A stretch of 32,000 nt of DNA from Microcystis aeruginosa NIES-843. Its GTDB lineage: Bacteria > Cyanobacteriota > Cyanobacteriia > Cyanobacteriales > Microcystaceae. Both the position numbers and the translations under genes were made by a program. The stretch spans positions 1,020,001-1,052,000 of the forward strand of contig NC_010296.1 in NCBI RefSeq assembly GCF_000010625.1. The letters are read 5' to 3'. Every line of letters begins with the position of its first letter. Position 1 is the stretch's first letter. Below the pieces are notes generated by a model. The model was not told where the DNA came from, searched no databases, and saw only the letters and a program-made list of their open reading frames with translations. Below are positions 1 to 8,965 of the stretch, piece after piece.

Positions 1-185
1 AAGCCAGACAGGAGCCAGAAAAAGATATTTATTAGAAAAGTCATGATCAAGCTAGAGGTTTAAAGACTGAGCGGGTTGCAATTATTTTTATTAATAAATA
101 TTTTACACAATTCATACCAGGTAAGCAAGAGAGCTACGCCACTACTACCGAATCATTACCCAAATCCGATCCCTAATAGCTGTAT

Positions 186-247
186 CCCGTCTCCCGTCTC
201 GGAGTCTCCTGTCTCGGAGTCTCCTGTCTCGGAGTCTCCTGTCTCGA
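186..247. repeat. Tandem repeat with 15-bp unit gtctcggagtctcct, three full copies plus partial flanking units
   Basis: Read directly: identical units at 196-210, 211-225 and 226-240, a partial gtctcga at 241-247, and cccgtctc doublets just upstream. This produces the SPVSE x3 run in the spurious ORF 76..528. Confidence 0.9.
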
Positions 248-275
248 CTAGGAAATTAATTTTGCACGACTACTT

Positions 276-490
276 AGGGTCTGCTGAAAAAGTTTTTCCT
301 GGGGGCAGGGTGTGGGGTGTGGGGTGTGGGGTGTGGGGTTTTACCGGTTTTGAGGAGGCCAATTACCTAATTTTCAGGGAAAAAGTCCCGGAATTTTCCC
401 CCCGATCCCCCCAATGGCCGGCACTTTTTGAGGGTAAAAAAGTCCAAAAGTCTTATCCAACAAGGTTTTTAGATTTATTCAGCAGACCCT
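276..490. mobile_element. MITE-A copy 1 (215 bp) with terminal inverted repeats agggtctgctgaa / ttcagcagaccct
   Basis: 13-bp perfect TIRs at 276-288 and 478-490. Flanking ctacttag is duplicated on both sides (8-bp TSD candidate). A near-identical copy in inverted orientation lies at 8966-9180. The interior carries a (GGGGTGT)n run. Confidence 0.85.
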
Positions 491-494
491 ACTT

Positions 495-550
495 AGTGAT
501 ATGGAAAGAATCCCCTGTCACAGCGTAGCTTGACGGTGGGAGTATGTCAA
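495..550 (+). mobile_element. Solo right-end remnant of the IS200/IS605-type element found intact at 5350-6816 and 15126-16624
   Basis: agtgatatggaaagaatcccctgtcacagcgtagcttgacggtgggagtatgtcaa matches the last ~56 nt of both intact elements (6761-6816, 16569-16624) and ends on the same TCAA. It is truncated on the 5' side by MITE sequence. Confidence 0.8.
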
Positions 551-560
551 TTGATTCAAA

Positions 561-2546
561 TTAATTAACTCGCTGCCATAAACGTTGAATTTCTTTCCTC
601 AGTTGTGCATCAGGAGGCTGGCTAAATTGTACAGAAGGATTGACCTGCACACCGGGAATATTCTGATTCCAGGGACTGTTGGAGACTGATTCTAAGTTTA
701 TGCCACTTATCACAGGGCGAAACCCGTAGCGGACGAATACTTCCTGTTGGGAAGGCTGTCTGAGAAAGGCGACAAACTCCCTGGCTGCTTTCGCTTGTCC
801 CTCATTCACATCCCGCCGTGCGATCGCCGCCGTCGCTACTGTCTCAATAGTCGGGTCAAGATAGTAGATTTGGTAAGGTTTTTCCTGGGTAGTTTGGGCC
901 TGGGACCAGCGATAGAGGGCGATACTTTCGTAGGTAGTCGCCACATCAGCGTCGTTGGATCCGCGAGCAATAAATTCCTGCAAGAGAATGTCACTCGAAA
1001 GGGGCGGCTGATAGACGGAACGCTTAATCAGAGCAAACAAAGATTGAATTCCCGGCCCATTCAAGTTAGTACCAGCTAGGGGACTTCCGCCAAGATTGGA
1101 CTGGGACCACAAACTTAAGGTTAACTGACCACTGTTGGAACGGCTAGGGTCTGTCATGACAAAATCGAAGCTTCCCCAGGTAGATTGTCCGCCGATAGCA
1201 GTCCAGTTACGCTTTTGCATGGCTCGTTCTACACTTTGCCATTGAAAGCGTCTCCCAGGGAAGATAACCTTTCCTCTCTCGGGCCAAGCGATACCCACCA
1301 GGAAGGTTTTGACAATGGGTTGGGGCGTATCGTAGAAGGGATTGCTTTCTCCCTGTACCGCCAGGCGATCGCGCAATTCCTCTAAGATTTCCCCATTGGC
1401 TGGAATGAGGATAGTAGGCGTAAAGTCATGTTTCTGGTCGATGTAGTTATTAACTATGTCCTGAGAGCCTTGAAACTTCAGTTCTAAGTTAATGTTGGGA
1501 TGAGATGCCTCGAATTGTGGCTCTAGGACTGCCAATGGTTCTTGAAGTTCCGTCCCACTGACGATGGTAAGGTTTTGCTGCACGCCAGGAAGAGGTGCAT
1601 AAGCTAAAGCGAAAGCAATTAGGGCGATCGCAGCCGAAATTATTGCCCGTCTGCGTTTCGATTGAGGGCTGTTTCTCCTAGTGGGAGGCGTTAAGAGTCC
1701 TGGTTGCATGGCGAGTAATTCTTGAATGCGGTTGTTAGTGGGAGGATGGGTGGCAAATAAGCGATTGACAAGTTTACCCTTGAAGGGATTAATAATTAGA
1801 AGGGGAGCTAACGCTGGGTTTTCTTCTGTGGATATTGACTGCTGTTGGCTGTTATTTTCTAATTTTTCTAAGGCGTTAGCGAGGGCGCGAGGATTTCCGG
1901 TTAAACTTGCTGAACCTGCATCAGCAGCATACTCTCTCGTTCGAGATATGGCTAATTGAGTTAAGGTAGCCGTAAGGGGCGCAAGTAGCAAGGTAGGGAA
2001 TAAGGCGGCTAGGCGGATGGGATTGGCGTTGCGGTAGTTAAACATGGCAAACATTCCCGTCATTCCTGTTTCCGTGAGGAGAGAAATTGCTACAGAAATA
2101 GTGACAGCAACTGTAGCAGTAAGGGCATCACCGTGTTTAATGTGGCTAAGTTCGTGGGCGATAACGGCTTCTAATTCGTCTTCAGGAAGCAGTTTCATCA
2201 ACCCTTCTGTAATGCAGACAACACCCCGTTGGGGATTCCTTCCAGTAGCAAAAGCATTAGGAGAAGAAGTAGGAATGATATACAGTTTAGGTTCTGGTAA
2301 ATTTGCCCTGTAGCACAGCACTTCAACTATGGGGTTGAGTATAGCTTCTTCTTGAGAATTGGCAGGACGAACATCAAAAGCGGCTAAAACAACTTGGTCG
2401 GAATAGAACCAGAGACTAAAGTTAATTACAGCAGCAACAATTAAGCCAATAATAGCTCCAATTGTCCCGCCAATGAGTAGATAAGCAGTCAGAACTAAGA
2501 TGCTGCTTAATAACGCTAATAAAGCAACTGTTTTTAAGAAGTTCAT
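561..2546 (-). CDS. M48 (HtpX-type) zinc metallopeptidase fused to a C-terminal periplasmic solute-binding-like domain, 661 aa
   Basis: The N-terminus has multiple TM helices, a HELSH(x)H zinc motif (AHELSHIKHGD) and a C-proximal ATHPP motif typical of HtpX/M48B. A further TM segment (AIISAAIALIAFALAYAPL) is followed by ~340 aa that share collinear motifs with the N-terminal domain of the 3529..5274 protein (PSRSNSGQ vs PTRSNSGL; FLRQPSQQEVFVRYGFRPV vs FILLPETQQIATDLGLRPGV). Confidence 0.8.
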   Translation of the reverse strand: MNFLKTVALLALLSSILVLTAYLLIGGTIGAIIGLIVAAVINFSLWFYSDQVVLAAFDVRPANSQEEAILNPIVEVLCYRANLPEPKLYIIPTSSPNAFATGRNPQRGVVCITEGLMKLLPEDELEAVIAHELSHIKHGDALTATVAVTISVAISLLTETGMTGMFAMFNYRNANPIRLAALFPTLLLAPLTATLTQLAISRTREYAADAGSASLTGNPRALANALEKLENNSQQQSISTEENPALAPLLIINPFKGKLVNRLFATHPPTNNRIQELLAMQPGLLTPPTRRNSPQSKRRRAIISAAIALIAFALAYAPLPGVQQNLTIVSGTELQEPLAVLEPQFEASHPNINLELKFQGSQDIVNNYIDQKHDFTPTILIPANGEILEELRDRLAVQGESNPFYDTPQPIVKTFLVGIAWPERGKVIFPGRRFQWQSVERAMQKRNWTAIGGQSTWGSFDFVMTDPSRSNSGQLTLSLWSQSNLGGSPLAGTNLNGPGIQSLFALIKRSVYQPPLSSDILLQEFIARGSNDADVATTYESIALYRWSQAQTTQEKPYQIYYLDPTIETVATAAIARRDVNEGQAKAAREFVAFLRQPSQQEVFVRYGFRPVISGINLESVSNSPWNQNIPGVQVNPSVQFSQPPDAQLRKEIQRLWQRVN

Positions 2547-2614
2547 TACTCGTCAATCTCCAGGGTAGTATTGTGGTGTTGATTTTTCCAGTTTAGTTGA
2601 TTTATTAGTCAGGT

Positions 2615-3337
2615 TCAAGAAATGATAAAATCAATATTTTCTTGAAAGCCACTCAATTCTTCACTCAAATTTCTTAACTCTATAAGTTCTTCCGAATTAG
2701 TCAAGTCAGCCGTCCGCAATTTATTTTGTAATTGTTGCAGAACCCCAGCCGAGTCTTGAATCACAGTGTACAAGCTAGTTAATTTTGCTTGACGAGTATC
2801 TTGTCCTTGTTGTGCTAATTCAATATTCCGTTCTAAACTGGCTTGCAACTGTTCTAATTGTTTACGAGATACACCGAAACTCGAACGAATTTTACTTTTA
2901 ACTTCCAAGAGTTGCTGTTGTAACTCATTGATTGATAATAAGGATTCACTTTCTGGCAAACGTTGAGCAATTTGTTCTATTTTTGGGGGAAGTTCAATAG
3001 CACTATCGCAAGCTTGCTGTACGGCGATTAATAAGTCCATTTGCACTGAACTGCTGCTTAATAATTGGTTAGCTTCTTGACGCAGAACTTCTGCCTTTCC
3101 TGCTAAACTTTGAGCCGAACCTTGAATAACTTGCAGTTCCTGTTGTAATTGTTGTTTGACCCGTTTCTCCCCATCTGGTTCTCTAGCTTTCAAGGCGGTT
3201 GCGCCGACTACAGTTACCGCCAATGCTGTTGGTAAAGTAACAGTATTAGATAATCCCAAAAAGCGAACACCAACAACTAAAACGATCCCGCCTGCTAAAA
3301 CGGCTAAAGGGTAATAAAGAGGGTTAGCAATTTTCAT
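2615..3337 (-). CDS. Membrane-anchored coiled-coil protein, 240 aa, unknown function
   Basis: Two predicted N-terminal TM helices, then a long Q/L/E-rich heptad-like region. It lies between two same-strand genes with short spacers, so it is probably in an operon with them. Confidence 0.7.
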   Translation of the reverse strand: MKIANPLYYPLAVLAGGIVLVVGVRFLGLSNTVTLPTALAVTVVGATALKAREPDGEKRVKQQLQQELQVIQGSAQSLAGKAEVLRQEANQLLSSSSVQMDLLIAVQQACDSAIELPPKIEQIAQRLPESESLLSINELQQQLLEVKSKIRSSFGVSRKQLEQLQASLERNIELAQQGQDTRQAKLTSLYTVIQDSAGVLQQLQNKLRTADLTNSEELIELRNLSEELSGFQENIDFIIS

Positions 3338-3492
3338 TTTTAGTTAACCGTTGATGATTGCTGGTTGATGATTTAGTAGATTAATTCAGGAATTAATCAC
3401 AGTCTCTACATTTGGTTGACTTACAAATGCGCCTCGGAACTCCGAATTCCGCCCTGCGCTTGACTCGGCGGCGAAGCCACCTCCGAATTCCA

Positions 3493-3527
3493 TTCATAAT
3501 TCATAATTCATAATTCATAATTCATTA
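3493..3527. repeat. Heptanucleotide tandem repeat (ttcataa) x4 plus one imperfect unit
   Basis: Read directly. It lies immediately 3' of the stop codon (3529-3531, minus strand) of the vWA gene. Confidence 0.9.
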
Positions 3528-3528
3528 C

Positions 3529-5274
3529 TTAAAACTCTACTTGCAAGTCTCCCATCACAGTTGATATAGTCGCTGGATCTCCTTGACGATAGTAACCGCC
3601 GTTAACTTCGGCAATTTTTTGCAAAGCCTGGGGATTAAATTCTCCTTCTTTCCCATAACCAATAGTAAAGAAAGCAATTCGCTGATCGGAAGAAAAGCCA
3701 CTCTTTTGCAACTCTTGTTCCAACTGATCCAGATTAATTTGTGACCCCGAATCTTCTCCATCAGTTAAGATTAACACGGCATTAATAGTATCAGTCCGCA
3801 AATTTTGAGATAGCCAGTTGCGGGCATAGAGGGCGCTATCATAAAGTCTGGTTCCACCACTGGACCGCAGTTGGCCAATAAATTCAATGCCGCGATCTCG
3901 CCCCTGTGGAGTTCCTTCTATAATCACAGGTTCGTTAATAACTGAATTGAAACTAATTAGGGCAATTCTTTCCTTCGGTCCCAGGTTCTGAACGTAATTA
4001 AGTAAAGTATTCTTAACTGATGTCAGTTTTTGCCCTTCCATCGACCCAGAAGTATCAATTACTACTGCTACTTGCGACGGTTTCTTGGCATAATTTTGCC
4101 AGCTTTTAAGCATGGCTTCAACTACTTCTGGTTGGGGCGAACGGTAAGAGTCATAGGTGGGTTGAGGATTCACGCCAAATTCAGCAGAAAACTTGCTTCC
4201 CAAGGCTACTCCTGGAACACCCGGTCGCAGTCCCAAATCTGTGGCAATTTGTTGGGTTTCGGGCAAAAGAATGAATTCAATTACCTTTTCAGCAGCTTCT
4301 TTTTCTCGGTCACTTATCCAAGGCGCATGGGCTAAAATTGCCCGCATATTGGAACTGAAAGTAGCCTTGGGATAGACGGCTTGATAGCGCGTTTGATTGG
4401 AACCAGCTTGGCTGTTAGCAGCAATTACCAAAGACTCGTAAACTGAGGCTACTGAAGCCCAAAAGGGTCCGTTGGCGACCATAGATTGGGCAAGGGAAGC
4501 GGTAGAAGTACCATAGCGAGTGATTTTACTCTGGATCTGTTGAATTTGTCCCTGATATTTTTCTACGTCAGCTACAGTCAGATCTTCTGGGCGCTTACCT
4601 GCTACAGCAGCAAATTGGGCCACCAGGGTTTGTAAGCCAGAATTAGAACGGGTAGGCGCGGTGTGGACGTAAGTGATGGGGAGGGGTGGGGCTTTGGGAT
4701 CGAGTTGGCGGTAGTTACCCAATTTAGCTAGGGCGACGAAGGGATCTTCTACTTTTTCTAAACCCTTGGCGAGGTCAGCGGTTGTCATGAAAACCATCGG
4801 ACTGTAGGCGATCAGGGGTGAGTCGGTAATTTCCGGGATGTAATTTTGTCCGGGAAATAGCTTGTTCATCTGGTAGATGAGTTGACTCTGATAAATTTCG
4901 CCATCGACGGATAAAAGGGTGGGAAATTCGGGCGCATCGGCTTTGAGAGTTCCATTTTGGTACTGTTGGGCCAGCGAGAGAATCGTTTGGACCACATCGC
5001 CGCTTCCTTTAGCTTCGCAACTGAGGTAAAAGGCTTCACCGCTAGCGAGTTTGGGTTGGCTTTGGTTCAATTTCGTGGCTGCTTGCTGACAGAATTGGGC
5101 TAGGTCGCTTCCCACGAGAAATTTGACTTCAAGTCCCTGTTGTCTGGGTTGTTGGCTTCCTTGTTGTTGGGGTTGCTGTCCACAAGCGCCTAGAAATACT
5201 AAGGTAGACAGGACGGTTAAGGGAGTAACTGAGGTTAAATAACGAGAAAAAGGAAGATTTTGGCGTTTAATCAT
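3529..5274 (-). CDS. Putative lipoprotein with an N-terminal solute-binding-like domain and a C-terminal von Willebrand factor A (vWA) domain
   Basis: Signal peptide with a lipobox-like LGAC. The C-terminus has vWA MIDAS-type motifs (VAVVIDTSGSM ... LILTDGEDS). The ATG at 5274 (MIKRQNL...) is preferred over the TTG at 5298 given in the ORF track. Confidence 0.8.
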   Translation of the reverse strand: MIKRQNLPFSRYLTSVTPLTVLSTLVFLGACGQQPQQQGSQQPRQQGLEVKFLVGSDLAQFCQQAATKLNQSQPKLASGEAFYLSCEAKGSGDVVQTILSLAQQYQNGTLKADAPEFPTLLSVDGEIYQSQLIYQMNKLFPGQNYIPEITDSPLIAYSPMVFMTTADLAKGLEKVEDPFVALAKLGNYRQLDPKAPPLPITYVHTAPTRSNSGLQTLVAQFAAVAGKRPEDLTVADVEKYQGQIQQIQSKITRYGTSTASLAQSMVANGPFWASVASVYESLVIAANSQAGSNQTRYQAVYPKATFSSNMRAILAHAPWISDREKEAAEKVIEFILLPETQQIATDLGLRPGVPGVALGSKFSAEFGVNPQPTYDSYRSPQPEVVEAMLKSWQNYAKKPSQVAVVIDTSGSMEGQKLTSVKNTLLNYVQNLGPKERIALISFNSVINEPVIIEGTPQGRDRGIEFIGQLRSSGGTRLYDSALYARNWLSQNLRTDTINAVLILTDGEDSGSQINLDQLEQELQKSGFSSDQRIAFFTIGYGKEGEFNPQALQKIAEVNGGYYRQGDPATISTVMGDLQVEF

Positions 5275-5349
5275 GAGTCTTGACAGAGTAATAACCAATA
5301 AAGCACGAAGTTACTCGGATCAATGCAGATGGGATGAGAACATATTTCC

Positions 5350-6816
5350 CTAAAATGTCGGATGAATGCCCCCGCTAAATTTTTCGACAAGACATCAACC
5401 TTTGCGGGGGATGAAATCCGACCAAGATATTAACTGCGAAGCACTATTTTAATTCTACCATTTGTAGGTAAACTGTGTTATACTTAATTTAGCCAAAGGT
5501 CGAGGATGTTAGATGCTAGTCGTAGAAGCAAAGCTAAAAAACGGAACACCAGAGCAATATCACCAGCTTGATGAAGCTATCAAAACTTCTCAGTTTGTGC
5601 GTAACTCTTGTGTTCGTTATTGGCGGTTCAATCAAGGGACAACCCGTAATGATCTCCAAAAACTTTGTGCTGTACTAGCTAACAATAAAGAGACCCCTTG
5701 GGTTAATAAATTAAACTCTCAAGCTCGTCAATCGGCTGCTGATAGAGCCTGGCAATCAATTAATAGGTTTTACCAGAATTGTCATGCCAAGATACCAGGG
5801 GAAAAGGGTTTTCCCCGATTTAAAAAACCTAGTCGTTCGGTTGAATACAAACTAACGGGCTACAAACTATCTGAGGATCGACGTAAAATCAGATTTACTG
5901 ACGGTTTTAAAGCAGGAGAATTTGATTTATGGTGTAGTCAAAAAACCTTAGTTTATTATTCAGATCAACAGATTAAACGGGTAAGAGTTGTTAGACGTGC
6001 CGATGGTTATTATTGTCAGTTTTTGATTGACGTAGAACGGCAAGAATACCATGAACCAACGGGACAAATAACAGGAATTGACTTAGGTTTAAAGGAATTT
6101 TATACCGATGCCCAAGGTAATACTGTAGAGAATCCACGTTATTTAAGAAAGTCAGAAAAACGACTGAAAAAAGCACAAAGGAGATTATCAAAACGATTTC
6201 GCAAAGGAAAGAAACAGTCTAACAACTATCACAAGCAACGGATAAAAGTAGCTAGGCTTCATCTTAAGGTATCAAGACAACGTAAAGACAAAGCAATTAA
6301 AGACGCTTTGGCGTTAGTCCAGTCTAATGATCTGGTAGTCTATGAAGCTTTAAAGGTAAGAAACTTAGTCAAAAACCGTAAGCTTGCCAAGTCGATTTCT
6401 GATGCTTCTTGGTATCAATTCACCGAATGGTTGAATTATTTTGCCAAGATTTATCGGATTGTTTGTATTGCTGTTCCTCCCCATTTTACTAGCCAAGATT
6501 GTTCAGTTTGTGGGACGAGAGTTCAAAAAACCTTAAGCACTAGAACTCATCAATGTCCTAATTGTCAAACAGTCTTAGATAGGGATCATAATGCAGCAAT
6601 AAATATTCTTAAAAAAGGGTTGAAATATTTGGGAAATCATCTCAACGGTACTGTTGGGCAAACAGAAACCGACCCAAACGCCTTGGGAGAGTCCGGCCTC
6701 TGGATTCTTAATGGAGACATTGAGAATCTAAGCTGTCTCGTTGAACAAGGAATTTCCGATAGTGATCTGGAAAGAATCTCCCGTCACAGCGTAGCTTGAC
6801 GGTGGGAGTATGTCAA
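5350..6816 (+). mobile_element. IS200/IS605-family element carrying tnpB only (no tnpA), copy 1, 1467 bp
   Basis: Boundaries come from alignment with copy 2 (15126-16624). The shared left end starts at ctaaaat(g/a)tcggatgaat with a subterminal hairpin (cccccgc 5369-5375 / gcggggg 5404-5410). The shared right end stops at gtatgTCAA. No terminal inverted repeats or TSD, as expected for this family. An extended -10 sequence TGtTATACT lies at 5476-5484 upstream of tnpB. Confidence 0.85.
5513..6799 (+). CDS. tnpB: TnpB (IS605 OrfB-type RNA-guided RuvC nuclease), 428 aa
   Basis: RuvC-like D/E/D contexts are present (ITGIDLGLKEF; LVVYEALKVRNL; DRDHNAAINIL), with a CxxC...CxxC zinc finger (CSVCG...CPNC) between the second and third motifs. 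The length and K/R-rich central helix are typical of this family. Confidence 0.9.
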   Translation: MLVVEAKLKNGTPEQYHQLDEAIKTSQFVRNSCVRYWRFNQGTTRNDLQKLCAVLANNKETPWVNKLNSQARQSAADRAWQSINRFYQNCHAKIPGEKGFPRFKKPSRSVEYKLTGYKLSEDRRKIRFTDGFKAGEFDLWCSQKTLVYYSDQQIKRVRVVRRADGYYCQFLIDVERQEYHEPTGQITGIDLGLKEFYTDAQGNTVENPRYLRKSEKRLKKAQRRLSKRFRKGKKQSNNYHKQRIKVARLHLKVSRQRKDKAIKDALALVQSNDLVVYEALKVRNLVKNRKLAKSISDASWYQFTEWLNYFAKIYRIVCIAVPPHFTSQDCSVCGTRVQKTLSTRTHQCPNCQTVLDRDHNAAINILKKGLKYLGNHLNGTVGQTETDPNALGESGLWILNGDIENLSCLVEQGISDSDLERISRHSVA

Positions 6817-6836
6817 ATTGATCTCCCCGGCCGGGG
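6650..6836 (+). ncRNA. Predicted omega-RNA (reRNA) of TnpB copy 1: scaffold over the tnpB 3' end and right end, plus flanking guide
   Basis: In this family the guide RNA is known to overlap the tnpB 3' end and right end and to read into the flank. Local stems are visible (ccgtca/tgacgg 6781-6806, gagaca/tgtctc, gattct/agaatc). In copy 2 the gattct>gatttt change keeps a G-U pair. The 5' boundary is not determined. The predicted guide is attgatctccccggccgggg (6817-6836). Confidence 0.5.
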
Positions 6837-7217
6837 ATACCCTAGTGGTGCTGAGAACTCTTGAAAGTTTTTCTGTACAAGGATTTGCAGTCAGACTGGG
6901 GGGTGTCAAAAGGAGCGGCCGTATGAGATGCTCAACTTTCCCAACTTAAGGTTATCCCCACACCAGATACTCTCCTCTTAGTGCGATCGCTGCTTTGAGC
7001 CTGTGCATTAACAAACTATACTGCCTATAGGAAATTTTAGGACAAATGCTTGAACTGGCAACTCCGGCACTCCCGTACAATCTTAACGAGCAATCTGGAT
7101 AAACATCTTCAATGCTGCTTTTGAGAAGGAGACGGGTTGCTAAAGCCTCTATAATAAGTAGCCATAGAGATGCCGACAACTTCCCCTGTCGATAGCGAAT
7201 AAGGAGAAAAAAACCCA

Positions 7218-7580
7218 GTGTTTGTCCTCAAAGGTTACGAGTATTTTCTAGGATTTCTGCTTGCTTGCAGTTTAGTACCAATCCTATCCCTAACTGCCTC
7301 CAAAGTCCTGCGGCCTAGTGGTGGTGGTCCGGAAAGACGCACCACTTATGAATCGGGGATGGAACCGATCGGCGGTGCTTGGATTCAGTTTAACATTCGT
7401 TATTATATGTTTGCCCTCGTTTTCGTGGTTTTTGACGTGGAAACCGTCTTTCTCTACCCTTGGGCAGTAGCTTTCAATCAATTGGGCCTATTAGCTTTTG
7501 TAGAAGCACTGATCTTTATTGCTATCCTTGTGGTTGCTCTCGTCTATGCTTGGCGAAAAGGAGCCTTAGAATGGTCATAA
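7218..7580 (+). CDS. ndhC: NAD(P)H-quinone oxidoreductase subunit 3 (NDH-1 subunit C)
   Basis: The 120-aa three-TM protein is recognisable full-length as NdhC (…[12 protein letters not shown]…[12 protein letters not shown]…). GTG start. Followed by ndhK and ndhJ in the conserved order. Confidence 0.95.
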   Translation: MFVLKGYEYFLGFLLACSLVPILSLTASKVLRPSGGGPERRTTYESGMEPIGGAWIQFNIRYYMFALVFVVFDVETVFLYPWAVAFNQLGLLAFVEALIFIAILVVALVYAWRKGALEWS

Positions 7581-7627
7581 CGGCCATAATTTTCCTTATT
7601 TTTGACTTTTCATAAGAGGATAACCCG

Positions 7628-8371
7628 ATGAGTCCCAACCCTACCAGCGAATTTAAGCAAATTATCGAACAACAAAGCGAAAAAATCCTCAATCCCATCG
7701 AACGCACCAAAGTTACCCAGGATTTATCGGAAAATGTCATCCTCACCACCGTTGATGACCTGTATAACTGGGCGCGTTTGTCAAGTCTTTGGCCGATGCT
7801 ATACGGTACAGCTTGCTGTTTTATCGAGTTCGCGGCCTTGATTGGTTCCCGTTTTGATTTCGATCGCTTTGGTTTAGTTCCCCGTTCTAGTCCCCGGCAA
7901 GCCGATTTAATCATCACTGCCGGTACAATCACCATGAAAATGGCCCCCGCTTTGGTGCGTCTGTATGAAGAAATGCCGGAACCTAAATACGTTATCGCCA
8001 TGGGTGCCTGTACGATTACGGGGGGAATGTTCAGCAGTGACTCCACCACTGCGGTTAGAGGGGTAGATAAACTTATCCCCGTGGATGTCTATATACCCGG
8101 TTGTCCCCCTCGTCCGGAAGCGATTATCGATGCGATTATTAAACTGCGGAAAAAAGTCGCTAACGAATCTATTCAAGAACGCGGGACTGTCCTCCAGCAA
8201 ACCAATCGTTATTACAGCACTACCCACAAAATGCAGGCCACGGAACCGATTCTTACGGGTAAATATCTGCAATCAGCCACCCGTCAAGCACCTCCGAAAG
8301 AGTTGCTAGAAGCCACCGGTATGCCTGTTCCCCCCGCTCTTTTGACCACGAAACAAAAGGAAGAAATCTAA
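7628..8371 (+). CDS. ndhK: NAD(P)H-quinone oxidoreductase subunit K (NDH-1 NuoB homologue)
   Basis: Fe-S ligand contexts are present ([26 protein letters not shown]). 247 aa, in the ndhC-K-J operon. Confidence 0.95.
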   Translation: MSPNPTSEFKQIIEQQSEKILNPIERTKVTQDLSENVILTTVDDLYNWARLSSLWPMLYGTACCFIEFAALIGSRFDFDRFGLVPRSSPRQADLIITAGTITMKMAPALVRLYEEMPEPKYVIAMGACTITGGMFSSDSTTAVRGVDKLIPVDVYIPGCPPRPEAIIDAIIKLRKKVANESIQERGTVLQQTNRYYSTTHKMQATEPILTGKYLQSATRQAPPKELLEATGMPVPPALLTTKQKEEI

Positions 8372-8875
8372 ATGACTGAAGAAACGACAGCTATTGTGCA
8401 AGCTGGCCCCACTTCGATTTGGTTAAGCGAAAATGGTTTTGAGCATCAAGCTTTAGAAGCTGACCATAGTGGTGTGGAATTGATTAAAGTAGAAGCAGAC
8501 TTTTTAATTCCTCTGGCCACTGCTTTATACGCTTATGGCTTTAATTATCTCCAATGTCAGGGTGCTTACGATTTGGGACCGGGGAAAGAATTAGTTAGTT
8601 TCTATCATCTGGTCAAAGTAACCGATAATGTCGATAGTCCCGTGGAAGTGCGCTTAAAAGTCTTTCTTCCCAGAGATAATCCCCGGGTTGCCTCGGTTTA
8701 CTGGATTTGGAAAGCAGCTGACTGGCAAGAACGAGAAAGTTATGATATGTTCGGCATTATTTATGAAGGACATCCCCACCTGAAACGGATTTTAATGCCG
8801 GAAGATTGGGTCGGTTGGCCTCTACGCAAAGATTACGTTTCTCCCGAATTCTACGAACTACAGGACGCTTACTAA
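8372..8875 (+). CDS. ndhJ: NAD(P)H-quinone oxidoreductase subunit J (NuoC homologue)
   Basis: Start codon immediately follows the ndhK stop codon (no intergenic gap). Conserved ERE(S)YDMFGI and HP(H)[10 protein letters not shown] motifs. Confidence 0.95.
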   Translation: MTEETTAIVQAGPTSIWLSENGFEHQALEADHSGVELIKVEADFLIPLATALYAYGFNYLQCQGAYDLGPGKELVSFYHLVKVTDNVDSPVEVRLKVFLPRDNPRVASVYWIWKAADWQERESYDMFGIIYEGHPHLKRILMPEDWVGWPLRKDYVSPEFYELQDAY

Positions 8876-8896
8876 GTCGAGAATTTAATCAGTAAC

Positions 8897-8931
8897 ATCG
8901 GGTTAGAAGATATTTCTAGCCCGATTTTTTT
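8897..8931 (+). terminator. Rho-independent terminator of the ndhCKJ operon
   Basis: 10-bp stem atcgggttag / ctagcccgat (one G-U pair) with a 9-nt loop, followed by T7 (8925-8931), 22 nt after the ndhJ stop. Confidence 0.8.
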
Positions 8932-8965
8932 GAGATTTAGGGACAAGATAAGCTCTTGAGTATTT

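Noticed and set aside
1-63. Possible 3' end of an upstream plus-strand gene (…KVMIKLEV*)
   Set aside because: Only 20 codons are visible, with no recognisable motif. This is too little evidence for a call.
76-528. 150-aa ORF with an SPVSE x3 repeat and glycine/tryptophan-rich stretches
   Set aside because: It reads entirely through a 15-bp tandem repeat, MITE-A (its G-run gives GVWGVGCGVWG) and the IS605 right-end remnant. It has no RBS or protein-like composition and is an artefact of stacked repeats.
6952-7179. 75-aa minus-strand ORF between the TnpB element and ndhC
   Set aside because: No RBS, odd composition and no recognisable family. The region is more likely the ndhC promoter and 5' UTR. 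Kept only as uncharacterised intergenic DNA.
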